From: Bacilli bacterium
Lineage (GTDB): Bacteria > Bacillota_I > Bacilli_A > RF39 > UBA660
Assembly: GCA_017406955.1 (NCBI GenBank)
Contig: JAFQXM010000007.1
Location: forward strand, 236,009-300,008
DNA length: 64,000 nt
Reading direction: 5' to 3'
Each line of letters begins with the position of its first letter. The first letter of the stretch is position 1. Positions 45,112-55,500 of this stretch are shown here, piece by piece. A program made the translations under genes and the position numbers. The notes beneath the pieces were generated by a model. The model ran no database searches. It was not told the DNA's origin and worked only from the letters and a program-made list of their open reading frames with translations.

Positions 45112-48072
45112 ATGTATACACCATTATATAATAAGAGTAATTATACACTACTTTCTAGTTTATTAAAATTAGATGATATTATTAAGTATGCTAAAGATAA
45201 TAACCTTCCATCTATTGCCTTAACTGATACTAATATGTATGGAGTTATGGAATTTATTAAGAAATGTAAAAGTAATAATATTAAACCAATTATAGGTCTA
45301 GATTTATTACTTAAAGATTTTAATGTAGTAGTATATGCTAAAGACTATGAAGGATATAAATCATTAATTAAATTATCTACTATTCAAAATGAAAGAGTAG
45401 TAGAAGGTAAAGATTTAAAGAAATATAATAAAAACATCATTGGAATAGTACCATTTAAATATAGAGATAAGTATAAAGATTTATCTAAAATATACAGTGA
45501 ATTATATTTAGGATATTCTAATAAACAGGAAGAAAAAGAAACACTTATACTTACTAAAAATGTAGTATTCTTTAGAGAAAGTTTGTATTTATATAAAAGT
45601 AATGTCGAAATATTACCTTATTTATATAGAATTAGAGATTCTAAAACTATAAGTGATGAAATCTCTTATGAAGTAGAAGATCATGAATTAAAAATAAATG
45701 ATATTTTATCATTAAGTGATAATTTAGGTCTTGTTAATAGTATAAAAATAAGTGATTCTTGTAATTTAGAGTTTCCTAAAACTACTAATTTACTTCCTAT
45801 ATATGAATGTGATGATCCAGCTAAATATTTATTTGAATTATCAAAAGCAGGACTTTCTAAAAGATTAGGGGGTAATATTCCTGACGATTATAAAAAAAGA
45901 CTTAGCTATGAATTAAACATTATTAATGATATGGGATTTCCTAATTATTTTTTAGTAGTGTATGACTTTATTAAGTTTGCGAAAAAAAATAAAATATTAG
46001 TTGGTCCAGGTAGAGGTAGTGCGGCAGGATCTTTAGTATCTTATTCTTTAGGTATTACTGATATTGATCCTATAGAATATGATTTATTATTTGAAAGATT
46101 CCTAAATCCCGAAAGAAAAACTATGCCTGATATAGATACTGATTTTCCTGATGATAAAAGAGATGAAGTAATTAATTATGTAGTAGAAAAATATGGAAAG
46201 AAACGTGTATCTGGAATAGTTACTTTTGGTACTTTAGGAGCTAAACAAGTATTAAGAGATGTTGCTAGAGTTTTAAATATTCCAAACTATAAAGTAGATG
46301 GATTATCTAAATTTATTCCAGCTTTTACTAAAGATAAGTTAAAAGATTTTTATAAGAAAAATAAAGTATTTAAAACTAGAATAGATAGTGATGAGTTATT
46401 ATCTAAGATGTTTGATATTGCAGTAAGAATAGAAGGATTTCCTAGACATACTTCATCACATGCAGCTGGTATTGTAATGAGTAGAGTAGATTTAGATGAA
46501 GTTATTCCTCTTACTATTAGTGAAGGAATGTATTTAACAAGTTATTCTATGGAATATTTAGAAGATTTAGGTCTATTAAAGATGGATTTCTTAGGATTAA
46601 AGAATTTAACTATTATTAATAATATTATTTCTGATATAAAAGAAATATATAATGAAGAAATAGACTTTAATAAAATACCTCTTGATGATAAAAAAACTTT
46701 AAAAATATTTGAAGAAGCTAATACTAATGGAATATTTCAATTTGAATCTACTGGTATGAGAAATTTCTTAAGAAATTTAAGACCTAATACTTTTGAAGAT
46801 GTATTTTCAGCAATTGCTCTTTTTAGACCAGGGGCAGCAATTAACATAGATTCATATATTAGAAGAAGACATGGTAAAGAAAAAGTAACTTATTTGGATC
46901 CATCATTAGAACCAATTACTAAAAATACTTATGGTATTTTAATATATCAAGAACAAATAATGCAACTGGCTAATATATATGCAGGATATTCGTTAGGAGA
47001 AGCTGACATCTTAAGACGTGCTATGTCAAAAAAGAAAGTTAGCTTACTAAAAAGTGAAGAAGAGAAATTTATTAAGAAGAGTGTAGAAAAAGGTCATGAT
47101 AAAAATCAAGCTAAGAAATTATTTGACTTAGTCTTAAATTTTGCAGGTTATGGATTTAATAGAAGTCATTCTGTAGCTTATTCTATAATTGCTTATAAAA
47201 TGGCTTATTTAAAGAGTCATTATAAAACAGTATTTTTCTCTAATTTATTAACTAATGTTATTGGAAGTGAGTCTAAAACTCATGAATATATTATGGAAGC
47301 TAAAGCTAATGGTATTGAAGTAGAGAAACCTAATATAAATAAAAGTAGTAATAGATATGTAGTTAGTGATAATAAGATAATATATCCTGTATCTAATATT
47401 AAATCTATTGGTACTGTAGTAGCTTCTGCAATATTAAAAGCAAGAAGCAATGGAGAATTTGTTGATATCTATGATGCTTTTAGTAGATTATATATTGCAG
47501 GACTTGGTAAAAAGAATTTAGAAACTCTAATATGGGCTGATACTTTTAGTAGTTTTGGTATAAATAGGGCTACTTTAATCTATAACTTAGATAGCTTATT
47601 TAACTATGCAGAACTAACTAAAGATATAGAACCTGATTTAGTAATGAGACCAGATATAGAGAAACAAAAAGATTTTGAAGACAGTTATTTATTAGAAAAA
47701 GAAAAAGAAGTATATGGATTCTATTTATCACATCATCCAACTACTGCATATATAAAAGATAATAAGTACTGTATACAGTTAAAAGATATAGATAAATACT
47801 TCTCTAAACAAGTAGATTGTTTAATACTAGTAGATAAAGTAAAAGTTATTGATACTAAAAAGAAAGATAAGATGGCTTTTATTACTGGAAGTGATGAAAC
47901 TGCTAGAGTAGATTTTACTTTATTTCCTAAAACTTATAATCTATATTCTAATATTGAAAGAGGAGATTTATTAAAAGTTAGAGGTAAAGTAGAAAAAAGA
48001 TTAAATAAATATCAAATTATAGTAGAAAAAATAAAATATTTAAAAGAAAAGGATAAAAAAGATGAAGGATAA
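45112..48072 (+). CDS. dnaE: DNA polymerase III alpha subunit (DnaE type)
   Basis: PHP domain N-terminus, GPGRGSAAGSLVSYSLGITDIDP, MPDIDTDF catalytic aspartates, HhH and OB-fold C-terminus. Confidence 0.9.
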   Translation: MYTPLYNKSNYTLLSSLLKLDDIIKYAKDNNLPSIALTDTNMYGVMEFIKKCKSNNIKPIIGLDLLLKDFNVVVYAKDYEGYKSLIKLSTIQNERVVEGKDLKKYNKNIIGIVPFKYRDKYKDLSKIYSELYLGYSNKQEEKETLILTKNVVFFRESLYLYKSNVEILPYLYRIRDSKTISDEISYEVEDHELKINDILSLSDNLGLVNSIKISDSCNLEFPKTTNLLPIYECDDPAKYLFELSKAGLSKRLGGNIPDDYKKRLSYELNIINDMGFPNYFLVVYDFIKFAKKNKILVGPGRGSAAGSLVSYSLGITDIDPIEYDLLFERFLNPERKTMPDIDTDFPDDKRDEVINYVVEKYGKKRVSGIVTFGTLGAKQVLRDVARVLNIPNYKVDGLSKFIPAFTKDKLKDFYKKNKVFKTRIDSDELLSKMFDIAVRIEGFPRHTSSHAAGIVMSRVDLDEVIPLTISEGMYLTSYSMEYLEDLGLLKMDFLGLKNLTIINNIISDIKEIYNEEIDFNKIPLDDKKTLKIFEEANTNGIFQFESTGMRNFLRNLRPNTFEDVFSAIALFRPGAAINIDSYIRRRHGKEKVTYLDPSLEPITKNTYGILIYQEQIMQLANIYAGYSLGEADILRRAMSKKKVSLLKSEEEKFIKKSVEKGHDKNQAKKLFDLVLNFAGYGFNRSHSVAYSIIAYKMAYLKSHYKTVFFSNLLTNVIGSESKTHEYIMEAKANGIEVEKPNINKSSNRYVVSDNKIIYPVSNIKSIGTVVASAILKARSNGEFVDIYDAFSRLYIAGLGKKNLETLIWADTFSSFGINRATLIYNLDSLFNYAELTKDIEPDLVMRPDIEKQKDFEDSYLLEKEKEVYGFYLSHHPTTAYIKDNKYCIQLKDIDKYFSKQVDCLILVDKVKVIDTKKKDKMAFITGSDETARVDFTLFPKTYNLYSNIERGDLLKVRGKVEKRLNKYQIIVEKIKYLKEKDKKDEG

Positions 48073-48556
48073 AGAAAAAGTATATAGTGTTGCAGCTATA
48101 CTACTCATAATAGACCAACTGGTTAAATTACTAATTAAAACTAAAATGAAATTATTAACAGAAATAAGCATAATACCTAATTTCTTTTCTATATATTATG
48201 TAGAAAATAGGGGAGCTGCTTTTTCTATATTGAATGGTAAAGTATATATATTTATAATAGTAGCTTTTATATTATTATTCTTATTAGATAGATATTTAAA
48301 AGAAGAAAAGTTTAATAAACTTAGTATTATATCTTTAGGTATTATTATTGGAGGAATAGTAGGTAATCTAATAGATAGATTATTATATCACTCTGTAATA
48401 GATTATTTATCTTTTAATATATTTGGTTATAATTTTGCAGTTTTTAATATCGCAGATATTGGTATAACAGTAGGGTGTTTTCTATATATAATTGAACTTA
48501 TTAGGAGGAGTATAAATGAAAATAAAAGTAGAAGTAGAAAAAAAAGAAAGAGTTGA
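48062..48556 (+). CDS. lspA: lipoprotein signal peptidase II
   Basis: NRGAAFS, GGIVGNLIDR, FNIADIGI. Confidence 0.9.
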   Translation: MKDKEKVYSVAAILLIIDQLVKLLIKTKMKLLTEISIIPNFFSIYYVENRGAAFSILNGKVYIFIIVAFILLFLLDRYLKEEKFNKLSIISLGIIIGGIVGNLIDRLLYHSVIDYLSFNIFGYNFAVFNIADIGITVGCFLYIIELIRRSINENKSRSRKKRKS

Positions 48557-49412
48557 TAAATATTTATCAGAAGAATTAGATCTTTCTCGTAGTAAGATTC
48601 AAAGACTTATTAAAGATGAATTAGTCTTAGTAAATGATAAAGTTATTAGTAATAATTATAAAGTTAAAGATAAAGATATTATAGAAGTTAAAGATGAATT
48701 GGATTTTGATATCAATATAGAGCCTGAGGATATAGATATAGATGTAGTATATGAAGACGATGATTTATTAGTTATTAATAAAGAAAGTGGTATGGTAGTT
48801 CATCCTGCACCTGGTCATTATTCTCATACTTTAGTAAATGCATTACTTTATAAATTTAATATTGAAAGTAAAGATAAAATAAGACCTGGTATAGTACATA
48901 GATTAGATAAAGATACTAGTGGATTAATGTTAGTTGCGAAGAATGAAAAGACTCATGAGTACTTAAGTGAAATGATTTCTAAAAAAGAAGTTGATCGTCA
49001 TTATTTAGCTATTGTAGATGGAGTAATTACTCATGATACAGGTACAATAGATGCACCTATTGGAAGAGATATAAATAATAGACAAAAGATGGCTGTTACT
49101 GATATTAATTCTAAAGAGGCTATTACTAATTTTAAAGTATTAGAAAGATTTGATAATAATACATTACTGGAGTGTATTTTAGAGACAGGTAGAACTCATC
49201 AAATAAGAGTACATTTATCTTATATAAATCATCCTGTTAATAATGACCCTCTATATGGAAGAGGTAAAGCTACTTCTTTTGGACAAATGTTACATTCTAA
49301 AAGTATAAAATTTATTCATCCAATAACAAAAAAAGAATTATTTTTTGAAGTAGATCCTCCAAAAGAGTTTACAGAAAAACTAGAAAATTTAAGAACAGAT
49401 ACAACCAATTAG
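48516..49412 (+). CDS. rluD: RluA/RluD-family 23S rRNA pseudouridine synthase
   Basis: S4 domain N-terminus, catalytic HRLDKDTSGLML, GRTHQIRVH. Confidence 0.9.
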   Translation: MKIKVEVEKKERVDKYLSEELDLSRSKIQRLIKDELVLVNDKVISNNYKVKDKDIIEVKDELDFDINIEPEDIDIDVVYEDDDLLVINKESGMVVHPAPGHYSHTLVNALLYKFNIESKDKIRPGIVHRLDKDTSGLMLVAKNEKTHEYLSEMISKKEVDRHYLAIVDGVITHDTGTIDAPIGRDINNRQKMAVTDINSKEAITNFKVLERFDNNTLLECILETGRTHQIRVHLSYINHPVNNDPLYGRGKATSFGQMLHSKSIKFIHPITKKELFFEVDPPKEFTEKLENLRTDTTN

Positions 49413-49424
49413 GTTGTTTTTTTA
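49401..49424 (+). terminator. rho-independent terminator
   Basis: ACAACC-aatta-GGTTGT then TTTTTTT. Confidence 0.65.
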
Positions 49425-49513
49425 TAAATATAAAAAATAAGTAGAAAAATGGCATATTTTTAATTACTATTTTCTTTAATTATGTTATAATTTTAAATAG
49501 GAGAGTGTGTTTT

Positions 49514-52500
49514 ATGAAGAAGATGATGAAAAAATTTACAAACAGTTTTGATAATATTACTAAATACTACAACTTCTTGATAACTAAAACAAAAAAACAT
49601 GAATATGTTGGCATTGTCAATGAGTGGTTAATAGATAACTATTATTTACTTGTAGAACACAAAAATGAATTATTGCGTACTAAAAACAAATTTAAAAAAA
49701 GTAGTAAAAATCTTAATGAGCATTACTATTATTTAAGAAATATAGTTCATAAAAAATATTACAATGTAGATTTTAAATATTTAGTAGAAGAATTAAAAAA
49801 ATATCAAAAAGATAATAATGAAGTATATACATATAAAGAATTAAGAATAATTATTCCATTATTAATTATTATTTATACAGAAAAACTTAATAAAATATGT
49901 ATAGAAGAATATAAAAAATTCTCAGATAAAGAAAAAATAGAATCTATTATTAATAAGTCAGATAGATTATCTTTAAAATCATTTATAGATGATAGTTTTG
50001 ATGTTAAAAATAATATTAATTATATATATGAATTAAATAATCAATTATATAAAGTAGAAAACAATAATAAAATATTTAAAGAATTAAATGAATATTTAGA
50101 AAGTAATGATATAAGTATTAAAGGTATTATTAATGAGGAATTACAAAATAAAATAGATAATAACTTAGTTATTTCTAATATATTTAATAATTTTAAAGAA
50201 TTCTTTGAAATAAATGAAGAAGATTTATTCTCTAAAGTATCAGAGACTGAAAAATTATTCTTAAAAGATTCTGTTTATAAAAAGATGACTGATGAATCTA
50301 AAAAAATGTATAGAGAAAAATTATTAGTCTTAGCTAAAAAACATAGAAAAGGAGAATATCACTATTTAAAGAATATTTTTGATAGTAAAGAACATATTGG
50401 TTATAAACTATTTAAAGAACAAAAGAATACCCTAAGAACTATATCTTATATTTTCTTGTTATTTGTACTTACTACTTTAGTATCAGGATTTTTATCTTTA
50501 TATTTTATTAAATGGAAAGTATTAGGATTTATAATCTTATTTATACCAGTAAGTCAATTAATAGTTCAAATAGTTAATGAAATATTAATAAATAAAGTAA
50601 GTATTAAAGAAATACCTAAATTAGATTTTTCTAAAGGTATTCCTGAAGATGAAAGAACTATGGTAGTAATACCTACTATTATTTCTGATACTGAAAAAGT
50701 AAAAGAAATATTTGATGTATTGGAATCTTTCTATCTTGTTAATAAAACAGATAATTTATATTTTACATTACTTGGAGATGTAAAAGCTAGTAATAAAAAG
50801 AACTTAAAAATAGATTCAGAAATATCTAAATATGGTAAGAAATATGCAGATAGTTTAAATAAAAAATATAAAAAAGATATTTTCTATTTCATATATAGAA
50901 AACGTATTTGGAATGCTAAAGAAAATAGTTATTTAGGATACGAAAGAAAAAGAGGAGCTTTACTTCAATTTAATCAAATACTATTAAATCAAGAAATTGA
51001 TGAAGATAAATATTTTAATGTAAATACTCTTAGTAATAATAAATTAAATATTAAATATGTTATTACATTAGATTCAGATACTAAACTATTACTTAATTCA
51101 GCTATTAACTTAGTAGGAGCTATGGCACATCCAATGAATAAACCAATTTATAATAGTGAAGGTACTAAAGTTATAAAAGGTTATGGTATCATGCAGCCTC
51201 GTGTTAATGTTGATATAGAGTCTACTAATCAAAGTTTATATAGTCAAATATTTGCTGGTATTGGAGGATTTGATACATACTCAGCTATTATGCCTAATGT
51301 CTATCAAGACTCTTTCTATGAAGGAAGTTTTGTAGGTAAAGGAATATATGATATAAGAGCAGTTGATAAAGTTTTAAGTAATGCGTTCCCAGATAACTTA
51401 ATTTTATCTCATGATTTATTAGAAGGTAATTATTTAAGATGTGGTTATGTTTCTGATGTAGAATTAATTGGAGACTTTCCAGCTAAATTTTTAGTAGATG
51501 TATCTCGTCATCATAGATGGGCTAGAGGAGATGTCCAAATAATTGGCTGGCTTAAAAGAAAAGTTTTAAATAAAGACAATAAGAAAGTTAAAAATCCAAT
51601 TAATTTATTAGGAAAATATAAAATATTAGATAATATATTAAGAATGTTCTTAAACCCAATGTTATTATTAATACTTATATTAGCATTCACTCTTGATAAA
51701 GAAACTTCTTATTTATGGTTTTTATTAGTAGTAATGGAAATTGCTATATCAATAATATTCTTCTTAAGAAGTAAGATTAATAAAAAGAATAAAGATGTAA
51801 AAGAAGTATATTATAAGAAATTTTATATAGGTGGAAAAAGTATAATATCAAGAGCATATATAGTATTTTCAACTATTCCATTCTATACAAAATTATATAT
51901 GGATGCTTTCTTTAGAACTTTATATAGGTTATTAATAAGTCATAAAAACTTACTTAATTGGACAACGGCAGAAGAAGTAGAAAAAACAGTTGATGGAAGC
52001 CTACTTAATTATATAAAAGTATTTACAATTAACTTTATAGTAGCAATCTTATTTATAATAATAGGATTTGTAACAGTAAATCCTTTAGCGTATATTGTAG
52101 CTTTTATCTTTATAACAGGTCCGTTTGTAACACATCATGTATCTAAAGAACTAGATCATAGTAACTTAGATCTAAAGACTAAAGATATAGATAATTTAAG
52201 ACATTTAGCTTATAGAACATGGAAATATTTTGATGATAACTTATCAAAAGAAAATAACTTCCTAATATCTGATAATTATCAAGAAAATAGAGAAGAAAAA
52301 TTTGATCATAGAACATCACCAACCGCAATAGGATTCTCTCTAACATCAGTAATTAGTGCTTATGAATTAGATTTCATTGACAAAAAGAAAACATTATATT
52401 TATTAGAAAATATCTTAAAATCAATTAATTCATTAAAAAAATGGCATGGGCATTTATATAATTGGTATAATATAAAAACTAAAAAACCATTATATCCATA

Positions 52501-55500
52501 CTTTGTCTCAACAGTAGATTCTGGAAACTTAATTGCGTCAATAGTAGTTGTTAGAGAGTTTTTAAATAAGAACGATGAAACTAAATTAGTAGAGTTATGT
52601 GATAAATTAATAAAGAACGCTAACTTTAAAAAATTATATACTAAAAAGAATGTCTTTAGTATTGGATATGATGAAAATGAAGGTAAATTATCTGAATATA
52701 ACTATAATAAATTCGCTAGTGAATCACGCCTTACTAGTTATTTAGCTATTAGTTTAGGAGAAGTTCCTAGTAAACATTGGTTCTGTTTAGATAAATCTTT
52801 GGCTCTTCATAAGGGTCATAAAGGATTAATCTCTTGGAGTGGAACATCATTTGAATATTATATGCCATTATTATTTATGAGAAATTATCCTAATACATTA
52901 TTAGATGAAGCATATCATTTTGCTTATAATTGCCAAAAAGAATATATGCATTCAGTAGATTCTAGATTGCCATGGGGAATTTCAGAAGCAGCTTATAATG
53001 AATTAGATAATTCACAAAACTATAAATATAGGTCATTTTCAACTCCATATTTAAAAGCTAAAGAAGATAAAGAAAACAGAATAGTACTATCACCATATGC
53101 TTCATTAATCGCAATTGATTTATTCCCAAAAGAAGTATATGAAAATGTATTAAAATTCAATAAACTAGATATGTATTCTAAGTATGGTTATTATGAGTCA
53201 TATGACTATGATAATAAAGGTGTAGTAAAAGCTTACTTTGCCCATCATCAAGGAATGTCTTTACTTGGAATAACTAATTATTTAAAGAAAGAAGTAATAA
53301 AAGATTTATTCCATTCTAATGTTAATATTAGAACTTTTGAATTACTATTAAAAGAAAAAGTACAAATAAAAACAAGTATTGATATGAAAATGTTAGATTA
53401 TAAAAAATATAATTATAACAAAGAAGCAATTGAAAATGATATCAGAGTATATAATTATATTTCTTACTTACCAGAGATGACAGTTTTATCTAATAAAAAA
53501 TATTCACTTATGATGAATGATAGAGGAAATAGTTTCTCAAGGTATAGAACATTACAACTAAACAGATATCGTAAAGTAACAGAACAAGATTATGGTATGT
53601 TTATGTTTATTAAAGATGTAAAAGATAATAAAGTATGGTCTAATACATTTTCACCAATAAATATAAAGCCAGAAAAATATGAAGTAGTATTCGCATCAGA
53701 TAAAATAAAATATTTAAGAAGAGATGATGAAATAACTACAAAAACAGAAGTAGTTGTATGTAAAAATCATCATGCAGAAATTAGAAAAATATCATTTAAA
53801 AATGATACAGATGTTGATAAAGAATTAGAATTAACTACTTATACAGAACCTATTCTTTCTGAGAATATGGATGATATAAGTCATAGAGTATTTAATAGTA
53901 TGTTTGTCTCAACTGAATACGATGAAAAAACTAATAGTTTGATTGCTAAGAGAAAAGAAAGAAAAGATACTAGTCTTAATAGTTATATGGTTACTAGATT
54001 AATAGTTAATGAACCATTAGAAAAATATACATATGAAACTGAAAGAAGTAATTTTATAGGTAGAAATAATACTATTAATAATCCTAAAGCTATTGATGAA
54101 GAATTAACTAATTATTCTGGAGATAATCTAGATCCAGTATTATCTATAAGAAATAAAATTATGGTTCCAGCTAATGAATCAGTTAGTGTTTATGTATTAG
54201 TTGGATTTGGTAGAAGTAAGGAACAAATATTTGATATTGTAAATAGTTATAATGATAAAAATTCATTAGATAATGAATTTGAAATTTCCACTTTAATGAA
54301 TATTATTGATAATAAAAACATGAATATTTCTGGTAGTGATATGAAAATTTATAATATTATGTTAAATTATTTATTCCAAACTACTAGTAAATCTGTTACA
54401 GAAGAACATATGAATCTACTTAGAACTAATAGATTAGGACAATCTGAATTATGGAAATTTGGTATTAGTGGAGATAGACCGATAATTACAGTAGATATTA
54501 AAGATATCAGAGATATAAACTTTATAAGAGATATTTTAAAAGCATTTGAATATTATAAAAATAAATCTATTTTTGTAGATGTAGTAATTATAAATAATGA
54601 GTTAGGTCAATTTCATGATTTAGTAGAAAAAGAAATAGATGATGAATTATATAGAATTTATACATTAAATAGTTTCTATAATACTCCAGGAGAAATATTA
54701 GTATTAGATGGATCTAATATAACTCCAGAAGATCAAAATCTATTAGATATCATTTCTAGATTAAGATTTGTTATAGATAATCATATATCTTTAGAAGAAG
54801 CAGTTTATAGCCTGCAAAGTCATAATAGAATTAGTGACTATCCAACTTATCCTTATGAAGATAATCTACCATATCAAAATAATGAGAAACTATTATTTGA
54901 TAATGGATATGGTGGATTTAAAAATAATGGTAAGGAGTATGTTATTTATAATAAAAATACTCCAACTCCATGGAGTAATATAATAGCTAATAAAACATTT
55001 GGTACTATAGTTACTAATAATGGTTGTGGATACACATATGCTTATAATTCTGGAGAATTTAAAATAACTTCATGGACTAATGATATTGTTAGTAATGATA
55101 AGAGTGAAGGATTTAAATTTGATGGTAAAATGTTTGACCCTGAAAAATGTACTCATGGATTTGGTTATTCTATTCTAGAAAGTGAAACTAATGATTTAAA
55201 ACATGAAGTTACAGAATTTGTTGCGGTAGAAGATAATGTTAAGATTTATTTAATGAAACTTAAAAATAAAACCAATAAAGAATTAAAAACTAATATTGAG
55301 TTTTGGATGAATCCAATTTTTGGTAATTTCGAAGAAAAAACTTCAAGACATATACTAACAGAATTTATGGGTAAAGATAATTATCTAAAGATGAGGAATG
55401 TTTATCACAATAGTTACAATAATGTTAATGTGTTTATGTCAGCTTCAGAAAAAATAAATACAGCTATAGTAGAGAAGATGTTAATAAAAAGTATAGCTTT